Shown: piece after piece, positions 13,475-26,190 of the stretch | Numbering within the stretch: the stretch's first letter is position 1 | How the letters are laid out: each line of letters starts with the position of its first letter | Source of the DNA: Eledone cirrhosa | Taxonomy: Eukaryota | DNA: 64,000 nucleotides | Assembly (NCBI GenBank): GCA_964016885.1 | Contig: OZ024742.1 | Coordinates: 105,028,001-105,092,000 of the forward strand | Direction of reading: 5' to 3' | The notes under the pieces: model-generated | The model's database searches: none | What the model was told of the DNA's origin: nothing | The model's input: the letters and a program-made list of their open reading frames with translations, nothing else | Position numbers and translations under genes: made by a program

Positions 13475-13660
13475 TAATGAAATGATTGTGTACAGTGCTC
13501 AAGTGCACTACAACTTATCAAAGGTGCATGTATAGTACATAGAATAATGTACAAATGTCAGGAAAATGAACAATGTATGAGTCATGATATACATGTGTCA
13601 GTGTGTATGGAGAGGGAGTATTAAGTGCAGTGTTGGCGAATCTCAGGAAGCATGGAGGTT
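13442..13660 (-). mobile_element. CR1-clade LINE 3' UTR with (ATT)n tail
   Basis: Homologous to the 3' UTR at 17330-17530, which adjoins a CR1 ORF2 C-terminus. Confidence 0.75.
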
Positions 13661-14671
13661 TTTTGATCTATGAGTTGATCTGGGATATCTGTGTAGACAA
13701 TAGTTAGAAGGGGATACAGACAGAGCTAAGTTTAAGGTGACTTTTGACACATATTTATGATATTTATTATAATCCTGAAGTGATTTGTCTATTGGAATAC
13801 TCTGGTCACATACATGCACATGAAAAGTGATACAGGTACTGCAGGGATAAACTGTCTAGGAGGGAGAAGAGGGGGAGTAGGAGGGAGGAAGAGAGGGAGA
13901 AGTGGAGGAGAAGAAGAAGTGGAAGAGGGAGGAAAGATGGAGGAGGGGGAGGAAGTGGAAGGAGAAGAATAAGGAGGATGTGTATGGAAAGAAATCAATG
14001 CAAGATATAATTTGTTTTTGTCTCATTTTTTTTTAAAGAATAAAAAAAAAAAGATGAAAGCAAGCAAAAGCGGTAGAAAGATGGTTAATTAAAAGACTGA
14101 TGAGAATAGAAAATTTTAGTAAAATAATATATATAAAATAAATAAATAAAACACTCCACAGCTATTACCACCACCACCACCACCCTCAATATTACCTCCA
14201 CCATTGTGGTGCCAATAAGATAGGATTTGTTTCGTAAGATACAAATTATTAAAACAATTTCAACTGAATTTCAAAAGAGTGTAATTTAACAACCCCCCAC
14301 CACCCACAGAAGAAATGGAAAAAAAGCTAGAAGAAAAGAGAAAAAGAAAGAGAAAAGAAAAAGAAGGATAATGGTGTAACAGGATATGTATATTTAAGGA
14401 GTTATGCTAATCTTTATTTGAAAATATCAAAGGTGACAGTTAACAACCTGAAATTGCTTGGTGATGGTAGCCCTTGTTAAGTGGTTATACTTTTTTTTTA
14501 TATTCATGTTTTGTTGGCTAGAAAATTATAAATAAGTACCTGTTATGTTGTGGTGTCAGATCAATTTCCCCTATACTTCATTAAGGGGAGGCTCTTACAT
14601 TCTTTAAAAAATCAATCAATTTTTGTTCAGATAAAGATTTATGTATAAACATGCATATATATATATATATG

Positions 14672-15120
14672 TACAGATCCCGGATGAAATCGGAGATAAC
14701 CCAAGGGAATAAAGGTACTCAAATACATTAGTAGAGTGTAAATATCATTATTTAATGGATTGGCAGTATCGGTAGAGGGTCGGACGCTATGCTTTGACGC
14801 ATAGAGTTACGGCCCTTGCCATTCTGAGTTCGAATCCCGCCGAGGTTAACGTTGTGGTAATTGCTGGCCTTGTGCCAAAAAGTAGAAACAATTATTTCAT
14901 ATAGAAATAGCTTCTACAGGACTGGAACTGTTTCATTCGTATGAAATCATCAGGAATGTCAAATGACATAGAGAGTTATCAATACTTATAGGTTTCCTAG
15001 TGGTTGGGAATGGTGGTGGTGGTGGACTTATTTTAAGGAACAGATATCTAGTAATGGATTAGAGAGGGTGGGAGAAGGGGTGGGGGAGAGGTAGGAGGTG
15101 GAGTAGAAAGAATGGGAAGA
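14672..15120 (-). mobile_element. Hammerhead-bearing Penelope-like terminal element, interrupted by a SINE
   Basis: Homologous to 22898-23160; tail motif at 14713-14724, SINE inserted 14755-14895, hammerhead 14911-14957. Confidence 0.7.
14911..14957 (-). ncRNA. Type I hammerhead ribozyme motif
   Basis: Minus strand TTC-CTGATGA-tTTCatacGAAt-GAAA-CAGttccagtcCTG-TA-GAA. Confidence 0.75.
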
Positions 15121-15134
15121 AGGAAAGAAAAATC

Positions 15135-16000
15135 TTTGTAAAGATGCTTGAGCAAAAGAAAGTTGATGTATGCTGGGTATAAGAGACTAGATGGAGGGGG
15201 AGGTCAGCTAGATTCCTTGTGGGCAAAAAACGATGCTACAAAAAACAATGCATGTTCTTCAATGCGAGGATCAAAGGCATGATGTATTCAGGATTGTGAG
15301 GCAGTGTGTCAGGGAAAATTGTGATGTCGTTGGGGAGAAGTGTGTCCATGATTATAATGCCATCCCCGTCCTCACTGATGCTGAAATGAAGGTAGAATGG
15401 AAGTGCCATCATGAAAGATTACTAAATGAGGAGAATGAATGGGAAGAAGATAGTTTGTCCCAAATTGACCCAACAGAAGGACCGGCTGTGCAAGTTAGCA
15501 GTAGTGTAGTAAGTAAGGCAATCAAGGATATGAAGTCAAACAAAGCAGCTGGACCTTCGGGGATAGTTGCCGAGATGCTGAAAGCATATGGAATGGTGGG
15601 TCACACCATGGCCATTCATATTGTAAACTAAGTAATATAAAATGGTGTCATATCCAATGACTGGCATAGCAGCATCATTGTCAATTGCTACAAGAAAAAA
15701 AGGAGAAAACTATAGAGGTATTAAGTTGGTTGACCAGGACATGAAGGTCACAGAAAGAGTTATAGCACAGCTGATTAGGGACTGAGTTAACCTAGATAAA
15801 ATGCAGTGAGACAACTGCAGAAGTACCTAGCTAAAAGTAAACCCCTATACTTGGTATTTGTGGACCTGGAGAAAACCTTTAACAGAGTGCCCCATTCCAT
15901 TACCTGGTGGGCTCTAGTGGCTTGTGAAGGCAATACAAGTCATGTATGATGGAGCAGTCAGCAAGGTTAGAATTAATAACGATTATAGTGAAGAATTTAG
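15135..16000 (+). pseudogene. Degenerate RTE LINE ORF (APE N-terminus, linker and RT fragments)
   Basis: KVDVCWV*ETRWRG, KAAGPSGIVAEMLKA, ENYRGIKL, LYLVFVDLEKTFNRVP; multiple stops and deletions. Confidence 0.85.
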
Positions 16001-16369
16001 CTTGTCCATCAGGGCTTGCATACCAAAAGTAAAAGAGGAAAGGGAAGTTGAAGTCACATCAATAGAAAGGACCAAGACAGAGTTTCTTTCAATTCAAATG
16101 ATAGCATCAAGCTGGGAGGCTGAGTCTGCTACAGCTCTCTCAAGTGATCTAATCTCTAGCCAGAAATTGGATGTGTGTAACAGAAACAAAAAATGAAAGG
16201 ACTTCTTAACTATTCAGGTATACCGTGTCAACTGATGATGCTAACAATAAAAGGCCCACATACATATACAAGCCATTGACTAAGGTGTTGTATATAGTCA
16301 AGATCATTATACTAGTATTGAGATTCAATGAAAATAGGTAAGGTAGATTGGGTAAAATATATAAGAAAT

Positions 16370-16926
16370 GTCATGCTAGTGCCACAATAAAATGCAACTA
16401 GCCCACTCTGTAAAGTAGTAGTGCAGGTACCCTAATAATATGCACCAAACCCACTCTGTAAAGTAGTAGTGTTGGTACCACAATAAAATGCACCCAACTT
16501 ACTCTGTAATGTGGTAGTGCTGGTTCGACAAAAAAAATGCACCCAGCCCATTTTGTAAAGTAATAGTGTTGCTACCCCAATAAAATGTATCCAGCCCACT
16601 CTGTAAAGTGGTAGTGCTGGTGTCAATAAAAAAGCACTCAACCCAAACTGTACAGTGATAGTACAATAATATGATCCCATCCACTTGGTAAAGTGGGAGT
16701 GCTGGTGCTATTATAAAAAGCACTGTTGACCCTGTTAGGTGTTAGCAGTAATGCCACAATAAAATTCACCAGAGATATGGTGTGAAGTGGTTGGCATTAG
16801 AGAGGGCATCTAGCTGTAGAAACCATGTTCAAATTGAATGTATGAGTGAGAGCAAGTCTAGCCTGATACCATCTAACCCAAGCATGCATGAAAAATAAAT
16901 GTTAATTAATGATGACGATGATGATA
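16370..16926 (+). mobile_element. RTE-type 3' UTR with expanded ~38-bp internal tandem repeats
   Basis: About 9 units of GTGCTGGT(G/A)CCACAATAAAATGCACCCAGCCCACTCTGTAAAGTGGTA, followed by the RTE terminal motif and (GAT)n. Confidence 0.75.
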
Positions 16927-17329
16927 ATACTGCTGTGATTTTGGTAACAGAAGGTAATATTGTCAAGATAGAGTACTGAGAACAAAGAGATGGAATATTT
17001 AAAATCTGAGCTGAGTACATCAGGTGAGATCTTTGAATTGATACACAGTTTATGTACATGGAATAATACTTATATTGTAGACTTGTCCAATGTATATCAC
17101 TCTACAGATACATTCATATATATACATAACCATATATATGTGTTTATATATGGGTGTATATATATATATAATAATTGTTTCTACTTTTTGGCACAAGGCC
17201 AGAAATTATCCCAGCACATTACTGGTACTTTATTTTATCGACCCCGTAAGGATGAAAGACAAAGTTAACCCCGGCGGGATTTGAACTCAGAATGGCAAGG
17301 GCCATAACTGTATGCGTCAAGTATATATA

Positions 17330-17673
17330 TAATAATGAAAATTATTGTGTACAATGCTCAGGTGCACTACAACTCATCAAAGGGGCATGTATAATTCATA
17401 GTATAATGTACAAGTGTCAGGAAAGTGAACAGTGTATGAGTCATGATATACACACAGACACATGCATGCATGTGTATGGAGAGGGAATATCAGGTGTAGT
17501 ATTAGCGAATTTTCGGAAGCATGGAAGTTTTGAAGGATGCAGTGTCCTGGCAGCTAACAACTGATGCAGGTAGTTTGTTCCATGCTTCAGCAACTTTGAG
17601 CATGAAAAAATGTTTCCGAAAGTCATGGGAGCTGTACTGTTTTCTGATATTGTAAGCATGTCCACGGGTGTTA
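17330..17673 (-). mobile_element. CR1-clade LINE 3' end
   Basis: NTRGHAYNIRKQ...RKHFF.LKVAEAWNKLPASVV....ASFK matches the CR1 ORF2 C-terminal TRGH...WNxLP motif. Confidence 0.85.
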
Positions 17674-17749
17674 TATATATACATGCACACAAACAATACA
17701 CACATTATTTATACATACACAGCAGCCACCCACCTACAAATATACACAG

Positions 17750-17781
<32 letters not shown>

Positions 17782-18024
17782 GGCTATATATGTATGTTTT
17801 TCTATATGTACGATGATATATTACACCACACCTACATGAGCTTTCCCTATTAGCTGTAGGAGGGATAAGAGAGAACAGCTGCCGAAGCAGATGCCACTAC
17901 AATCTCATCCCTACCTCATATTCAGGAAACCACAGCAGTTTGGAAGATTGATAGTAAGCAGTAAATATAAGGTGCATACAAAAATTCAGAAACATATCTA
18001 TGTACATTGACAAATATAGGTAGA

Positions 18025-18200
18025 TATCTGTATTTTTATAAACTTATATTTATAAGGATGTTTGTTTGTTTTTTATTTACAACCCTGTTTCACGAATTCT
18101 TGTACTGAAATTTTGCATGCTGTATCCTTTGAGGGGTGGTAAGGTTTGCTGATAGGAGATAAGTTTATAAAAATGGCATGATAGACAATTTTTTTGTAAA
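18025..18200 (+). mobile_element. Possible non-autonomous Helitron 5' fragment
   Basis: TTATAAGGATGTTTGTTTGT...CTGAAATTTTGCATG resembles the Helitron 5' end at 8288. Confidence 0.35.
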
Positions 18201-18679
18201 TAAAACATGTTTAAACTGTAGCATGGCTAGCCAAGAAGCATAACTCTTTAATATATATATTTTTTAAGTTACCTACCTTGCACTACCTTCGCACAGACAT
18301 CACCTTTGCATTTATTTGTTTTCATGTGTGTGTGTGTGTGTGTGTTTTGTATACATATTCAAGTGTAAAAAATCATGCAAACTACATCATTTATCCAGTA
18401 CATTAGGGCAGTGGAGAGACAGACAGAAAGACAATAAAGATAGTGATGAAGAAACATCGACAAATTTGTAAACAGTGCAGCCTGCAGCATGATAGCAGCT
18501 TGTCAACTGAAATATTTTTTTCATATCAGTCAGAATTAGCAATCATTATCTTCCACTCCAATCAATTGAAAATAGTATTGAAGATGACATGAATTAAAGA
18601 AAAAGAAGAAAAAAAGAAAGAAAATGAAAAAGGGAAAAAGAATGGGAGTATGTGTATGTATATATATATATTTATTTAT

Positions 18680-19305
18680 GTCGGGTCACTCTTGAGTGCT
18701 ACTGGTAACATGTGACCCAGTACAACCTATCGCATGGTCGGGTCGTCGGCGACTAAACCGACAACCCCACCAAGTTTACTTGGTGAGGAGGGTGATTTGG
18801 GACACCCTGCAGGACAAAAAACAAAACCTGACAAAGGGCGGAAGAACTCATAAGAGTCAACGGCCATCCAAAAGTGTGTAAATATGTATATATACATGTA
18901 CATATGTATGTATATGTATATGTGTATATACATGGGTGCATGTGTATGTATATGCACGGGGACATAGAAATAGTTGGGCTGGACACACGATCGCGCGGTT
19001 AAACCACTGGGAGTGAAGGACCCCTAGCCTTTGTCAGGGCATTCTTCTAGGAGAAGGCAACTCAGGAAACTGGGATAACTCCGATATAAAACCTGCGGCT
19101 CAGTAGTTACCGATGATGTTGATCTTTTCTTTTTTTCGGGTTATAGCTACTGTCGCTCAGATAGTGAGATTGGCTCAGTGCACAGTCTTTCCTCACTTTA
19201 AAAAAATATCTTCACGCACAGGCATTGCACGATAGAATTAATTAATAATTATTAATAATGGTATATCGTGCTATGGCCATACTTGATAACGAGGGGGCAG
19301 CGATC

Positions 19306-19307
<2 letters not shown>
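18680..19307 (+). mobile_element. Non-autonomous RTE derivative (5'UTR-like plus 3' terminus)
   Basis: GC-rich structured leader, RTE 5'UTR-like CTAGGAGAAGGCAACTC...AAACC, and a terminus GGCCATACTTGATAACGAGGGGGCAGCGATCAT similar to the RTE 3' end at 42997-43030; no ORF. Confidence 0.55.
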
Positions 19308-19336
<29 letters not shown>

Positions 19337-19350
19337 TACATATATATATG

Positions 19351-20073
19351 TACAAAGCGGTATCAAAAGGTTTCCTGATTAGTTCCGTAGCACACCAACA
19401 GATGGCACACACGGTTGCATGTGCAGTGAGAGCTAGCAGTGATCTTCATGATCCAGTATGCCATGTGACATTGCTGTGTTCACTTTGCAAGTTGTGAAAT
19501 TTATGTTTTGTGTATGATGTAGCCTGCAGTTTTGTCATGAACAGAAAGTTGGAACAAAGAGTATCACCCCCGGAAATGTGGAGAAAATTAATCACCTAGT
19601 GCATGAGGATCATCGGAAGATTATCAACGATATTATTGATGTTTTGGGGCATTTGAGGGAGGATGTTCGGTGAAAGCGACCAGATTTGTGGAGCGTGAAG
19701 AAGTCGATTCTTCACAACGACAATGCACCCTGTCACTGAACTTTCCTCACTTGTTAGTTTCTTGCTAAAAACAACATTGTATCACTTTCGCACCTGCCCT
19801 ATTTATCAGATTTAGCACCTGTGGACTTCCATCTTTTCTCCAAGCTGAAAATGCAGCTGAAAGGTCACTGTTTTAACACTGTTGCTGAAAGCCGGAGTGA
19901 ATCAGAGAAGGTCCTTGACTCACTTACAGAAAACAACTTCTAGGCTAGATTCCAAAAGTGGTAGGAATGCTGGGACTGATGTAGTGCTGCGCAAGGTGAC
20001 TATTTCGAAGGAGATGATGTTAAAACTTACATAAATATATAAGATTTTTTAAACATTTTGATACCACCTCATA
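19351..20073 (+). mobile_element. Mariner transposon relic
   Basis: TIRs TACAAAGCGGTATCAAAA / TTTTGATACCACCTCATA; decayed ILHNDNAPCH and PYLSDLAPVDFHLFSKLK (HDNA and YSPDLAPxD motifs). Confidence 0.9.
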
Positions 20074-20078
20074 TTTAT

Positions 20079-20132
<54 letters not shown>

Positions 20133-20344
20133 GAATGGCATTTCTTTTATACAAGTGTTTTTAAAGACATGATTATTTACGATTTTCAATTTCTTTATTA
20201 AAACCTTCGCTTATTTTCTAATAAAGCCACTACAGACCACATAGTTGCAAAGCAAACTTCTTAACCATAAGGTCATACTTACACCATGGCCACAGCAATT
20301 GAGAGGATCTGGGTTAGTGAAGCTTCGTGATACAACAGGCAAAT

Positions 20345-20510
20345 GAGTGCATAGCCAATCGTTAAGAAGTTCACTTCCCAGTCTCAAGCTTCCATATTCA
20401 ATCCTATAACACAACACCTTGGGGACCTGGGTCTTCTACCATTGACTCAGCTTAAGTCAAGCCTTGTGAGTAAAAGTGAGTGAATGCAAACTAGACAGAA
20501 GGCAGTCAGA
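20345..20510 (+). mobile_element. Second tRNA-derived SINE family (degenerate)
   Basis: GTTAAGAAGTTCACTTCCC...ACCTTGGG...GTCTTCTAC...GCCTTGTGAGT; related copies at ~28120-28280(+) and ~38645-38785(-). Confidence 0.55.
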
Positions 20511-21705
20511 TGGACTGTATATATAATTCAAAGGCACAGTTCCTGCTGAGGTACAGTTTAAGTAGAATGTTCAGGTATGTGGTCAATAATACAACTGGAA
20601 AAGTTATGTGAAAGCTATTCCTGGTTTAGTACCACCACTAGGCACTTGAGTGCATTTAGCAGAGTTCACTCTGTTGTAAGTATTAAGACTAAATCTTACT
20701 CACAATCAGTTTTGGGAGACCTAGAAAATAGTCATTCCTCCTTTGTATGTATGGACCCATACTTGATCACTACTCTTTTGACAAAGTCATTCAAATAATT
20801 TGTAGCGTGGTGTGGTAACAGTTATTTCAAAGAATTCTCTGTTTCAGTTATTCTCTTTCAGTTTATAACAATGAAAGCTTCCCAGTATCTATTTTGACTT
20901 AAGATGTTATATAGCTTAACGTCAACAATTTTGACATCAGTATTACTATATTCAACTGGTTTGCCAGAATTGGTAGAGCAATGGATAAAATGCCATTGTG
21001 GCATGATCCCCATAAGGTGGAGTGGCTGTTCCAGCACATCTCCCTTGTCATTCTCCAGGGCAATGTCTTTTCCGTCCTGTCATCCAGAACCATGAAGCAG
21101 ACGACATATTAGAGCAAGAGAAGGGTGGCATTCTTCAGACAAAAGGGTTAATAATGCTGACAGACACACACACACACACACACACATACGTAAACACAAA
21201 CTCAATGATTAGACTAACCAAAATTGACTTTGCTTTTCATTCTTTCAACATGCCATAGTCAACATTGTCTTTCATCTATTCGGAGTCAATAAAATAAAGT
21301 ACCAATCAAATACTGGATTGATTTAATCAACTTTGCCCTTCTCCTGACCTTGTGTCTAAATTAGAAATCAACATTAAGTTTACTTTTCCAATGGCTGTCT
21401 TCATTGCTAAATATATACAGATTTAACACAAGGTAGGTAAAGCTGCTTTGAAATGAACAGAATCTGTATTAAACTGGAGTAACAACTTACAAATATCATT
21501 GACATTTTAACAAGAAATTTAGCTGGGATAGAAATCCTGATTGCGTTCCATGTTCAATATTGAATTGAATATGGATAATTTCCACTACAAGAAGTATAAG
21601 AGATATTGCATACCACTTCATAAAAAGATGCTGTCATGTATAATATTATCTAGATGTCTCACAAAGAGGTTGCAGAACAAGATGCTTTATATATATATAT
21701 ATAGC

Positions 21706-22881
21706 AATGCTCAGTGTGTAGGAAAGGCGTAGGTAGAAACTCCATTTTATGTCCCAAATGCAAAGTATGGGTGCATAAAAGATGTAGTGGGATCACAGGT
21801 AAGCTAACTAAGAACATAGATTTTACATGTGGTCGGTGCTCTGGTGCAATAAGTAGCAGCAAGTGCCCACAAATACTAGCTCTTACAACTGCGCAGAGGG
21901 CTCTATAGAAATAGTGGACAGCTTCCGTTACCTGGGTGACAAAATCAGCAGTGGGGAGGGTGCTCAGAAAGTACAGTAGCTAGAGTCAGAACTGGATGGA
22001 AAAAGTTCAGAGAGCTTATACCACTATTAGCTGCTAAAGGGTTCTCCCTAAAAATGAAAGGCAGGTTGTATGATGCCTGCATACGAACAGCAATGTTGCA
22101 TGGCAGTGAGACCTGGGCATTGTGTGCAGAGGATATACGCAGACTAGAGAGGAACGAAGCTTGCATGCTCCGCTGGATGTGTAACAGTAATATACGTGAA
22201 CGGCAAAGCATAAACGAACTAAGGAAAAAATTAGAAATAAGAGGGATCAGATGTTGTTTACTCGAGAGAAGGCTACGTTGGTATGGACACGTGATGCGCA
22301 TGAAAGTCGATAGCTGTATAACAAAGTGCAGGGCAATAAAGATAGACGGTAGCCACGGAATAGGCAGACCTAGAAAAACCTGGGACGAGCTGATAAACTC
22401 CGACCTCACACACTTACACCTCTCCAAGACAATGTCACTGGACCGAGACCTTTGGCGGTACTCAGTAACAGAGAAGACCCGCCTTACCTAAATACATAGT
22501 AAAACCTACTACAGCCAGTAGGCATCTCTAACAAAATACACCCGTCCCACCACCCCCACCCCGACCACACCACCCCCTTCTATGTAAAGTTATGTCGGTG
22601 CCACGCCATCCAGGCCGAAACAAATGAGATCGTGTAGGTGTCACGACAAAAAACACACAGTCCACGCTGTAATGTGGCCGTGTAGGCAACACGGTAAAAA
22701 CCTCCCAGACCCACACTGTAAATGTGGTTGGTGTTAGGAAGGGCATCCAGCTGGAGAAAACCTGCCAGACAGTCCTATGCGAGCAAGACAATCACTCTTG
22801 CCTCAAGTGGGACTACCCCCGTCCAAACCCATGCAAGCGTGGAACACGGACGTTAAACGTTGATGATGATGATGATGATGA
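21706..22881 (+). mobile_element. RTE LINE 3' portion (PHD-finger insert, RT C-terminus, 3' UTR, (GAT)n)
   Basis: CSVCRKGVGRNSILCPKCKVWVHKRC, KGRLYDACIRTAMLHGSETW, RRLRWYGHVMR, GRPRKTW; one frameshift near 21880. Confidence 0.92.
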
Positions 22882-22897
22882 TATATATATATATATA

Positions 22898-23160
22898 GGT
22901 AAGTTATTCCGGGTTGAATTGGAGGTAACCACAGTAAGTAAGGTACTCAATACATAGCAGAGTATAAAAGTTTTAATATAGATGAGATTCTACAGGACTA
23001 GAACTGTTTCATTCTTTAGAAATCATCAGGAATCTGGCTTTCCAAAATAAATGTTGTGGTATTTATATCTTTTCAGGTGGTAGGAGAGGGTGGGGAGTGG
23101 GATGGGTGGAGGTCATTGGTTGAAAGAAAAGGGAATTCATTAAAAGCTAATTCTTTAATA
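22898..23160 (-). mobile_element. Hammerhead-bearing Penelope-like terminal element between (TA)n tracts
   Basis: C-rich segment, hammerhead, then TATTGAGTACCTTACTTACTGTGGTTACC tail and (TA)n on the minus strand. Confidence 0.7.
22985..23035 (-). ncRNA. Type I hammerhead ribozyme motif, intact core
   Basis: Minus strand AGATTC-CTGATGA-tTTCtaaaGAAt-GAAA-CAGttctagtcCTG-TA-GAATCT: 6-bp stem I, 3-bp stem II, 4-bp stem III, GUA site. Confidence 0.85.
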
Positions 23161-24556
23161 TATATATATATATCCTCATCATCAGCTTATACATATTGGC
23201 AATTCAAGTTTCAAAAACCATGACCCTGAGTTTCTTGAGAATCTTTGAATGTTTATATATCTATCAGCTTCCATCTCTCTCTCTATCCTCGTGGATGTGT
23301 AAAAATGCACTCATCACAACACATAACTATAACAATAGCTATACACTACAAATAATTGTTTCTACTTTTGGCACAAGGCCAGCAATTACCCCAGTGCATT
23401 ACTGGTGCTTTATTTTATTGACCCCATAAGGATGAACGGTAAAGTTAACCTCGGCAGGATTTGAGCTCAGAACGTAAAGGGCAATCACTCTATAACTCTA
23501 TGCTGCAAAGCATGGTGTCTGACGATCTACCGATACTGCCAATCCACCGCCCTATACACTATATACACTATAAATAATAGTTTTTAAAAACCAGTTAAAG
23601 TATCCCTGGGGACAGAAAAAAGTAGATAGAAACACCTCTGTTCATTTTTTTCCATAACCAAAAGTACGTTACCCATTTTTTTTTTCAACTATTATTTATA
23701 GTATTCAACATTATTGTAGTTATCTGTATTGGGGCAACTACATTTCCAAATTTCTTAATGCCATGCAAATCAACTGGATGTTGACGCACACACAAATGCA
23801 AAGAGAGAGAAAGTGTGGGGGGGGGGGGGCGAATGAAAGAAAGAGAAAGACACGGAGAAAGACAAAGAGTGGAAATGAAAGGAAAATCATATATACATAA
23901 TGGTACCATAATTATATAATAGAAATTAATTAGTTAATTTATTATCAATGAATGCATGAAAATGTTATAAAATCCATAAATGAGTGATTACATCTATTAG
24001 TTGACCAAGCTAAAACAAATTATAAATGAATCAACCTTATTATTATTGAAACACAAGGAGCAGAGGCATAACTAAGATATGGCAAGCATGGAGCCACTTG
24101 GACTAGGAGCATGGTCTATTAAAGTCAAATAAGCCTTTTTGGAGAGTGAAAAAAGATGATCTGTCTCTGCTTATCATGGGTGAGAACACCATGGTAGCTG
24201 GATCATTAAACCATTTATATAAATTACTAGGCCCATAGGTAAAAATACAGTGCTGGGCAGGGGCACAAATTCACTGCTTGCCATAGGCACTATTTTCCCT
24301 AGTTTTGCTTCTAGCAAGGAGTGTTTAAAATTAGAAAATGTGAGAGTCTGAAATGCATAAAATAACTGGAGAAATTTGGTAAATTACCCTGAGAGATGTA
24401 GCAGAGACACCTTAGGCTAATTTACATAATTTTCTTAACTATTATTCATAGTGACTAGCTGTTTTTACAGTTATTTTGGGGGTTTAGGACTCTCACATTT
24501 TCAAATATAACTGAATTATAGACACACATAGGTAAAAAATGAACAGCAAGGAGTTT

Positions 24557-24756
24557 TGAGGTTCGGCTGAAAAGTTCATAGGCTGATTATGAAGGATTGA
24601 TGCTAGAGCTGGGAAATCTTATATGCATTAATTTCAACTCTTCTTATTAATTACTGCATTGTTTCTTTCCAGTATCTATGCTGAAAAATAAACTCCATTT
24701 GGTCATTCTATGAGAGTATCTTAGTCAGCCTATGAACTTTTCAGTTGAGATTCGTA
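24557..24756. mobile_element. Mariner-type MITE
   Basis: TIR cores CTGAAAAGTTCATAGGCTGA / TCAGCCTATGAACTTTTCAG; right end ...TCGTA. Confidence 0.8.
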
Positions 24757-24864
24757 AACTAAACTCCACCAATCTGGACATTAGCCAAGTATGCAAGCCA
24801 CAAACACACTCAACTGGTAGAAGTTGTTATGAGAATGTAAAGTGCCATTCATTATAAAATCCTG

Positions 24865-26190
24865 TGATTGGCAAAATCAGTAGAGCAATGGACAAGATAT
24901 TTTTGTAATATTTAGTTAAATCATTTTGCTTTCTATGTTAATTATACTTTACTTCCTTCTCGTGTCTCAATAAAATGAGTATCAGTGAAGTACTGGTGAG
25001 GTGGCAAATTGGCAGAGGTGTTAGAGTGTTGGATAGAATGCTATGTGGTATTTGTTTTGGCTCTTTGCACTCTGAGCTCAAAATCCTGCCTAAGTCAACT
25101 TTGTCCTTCATTCTTTAGAGGTCAATAAAGAAAAAACACCCGTCCATTACTGGGGTCAATTTTTCCTCTATAAATATCTCTCTCTCGTTGTCTATCATTC
25201 TCAGGAAGAAATTGGCAGTGTTCAGACCTGGAGAAAGATGGACTCCATCAGGTTTCAAATGTCACTACAACACCCCTACAACTCCACCAAAAGTTATAGG
25301 TCCATACATACAAGTGCTGAGATCAATATAATCGACTGTTCTCACTCTCTAATATTTGTTGCTATAAATAGGTACCTATACTATAGATGGTGAATTGACC
25401 ATTAGGGAGTTGAGAGCATAGGATGAGATTCCTTACAGTATATGTTCCAGCCCTTTGTGTTATGAGTTCAAATTCTGCCATGGGAGTCCTATTCTACCAA
25501 TGATCAGGGCTAATCATCCACTGGACAACTGATTAGGAAAGATACAGTTGGTAAAAGAGAATTGTAGCTGTCTGATCTTGCACTCAAATGATGATGAGGT
25601 ACCTATATTATGAATTATTAATAAAATCTATTGAAGTTAAATGTCCTGTCTGAGATTTGTCCAATCTGTTTTATGTAAAATATAAAAAGCGGGGGCTGGT
25701 TGAGTCCAACACAACAAGAATTAAACTCAGTACTACTAATTCCTCAGCAAGTTATTAGCTAACCTACTCATTATGAAGGACAATTTACCTACTCTTGATC
25801 AACAGGTTAATTCTACTGCTGCCATTTTCTGCTTCTGAGCAAAACATACACCACATTACAGTAAATTAGCAAATGCATTAGAATATCAGACTAAATGTTT
25901 GGTGGTATTTATTCCGGCTCTTTACAGCCTGAATTCAAATCCTGGCAAGATCAACTTCGCCTTTCATCCTTCCAAGGTTTATAAATAAAGTATCAACTTA
26001 AACACTTTGCAATATTTATACCAACTCCTTACATCTTAAGTTCACTCTGCCTTTGAAGCTTCTGAAATTTATATAGTACCAATCTAAGGTATTGGATTGG
26101 TGGAATCATTAGAATGCTAGGTCGGATATCTTGCAGTATTTGTTCTGGTTCTTTGGCTTCTGAGACCAAATCATGATATGGCTTACTTGC
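24865..26190 (+). mobile_element. Cluster of old plus-strand tRNA-SINE copies
   Basis: Repeated A/B-box heads (TGGCAGA..GTTAGAG...TGAG(C/T)TCAAA) at ~24865, 25000, 25390, 25860 and 26090. Confidence 0.6.

Noticed and set aside
24060-24313. Possible hAT-type MITE with degenerate ends
   Set aside because: TIR match is too weak and no 8-bp TSD is visible.
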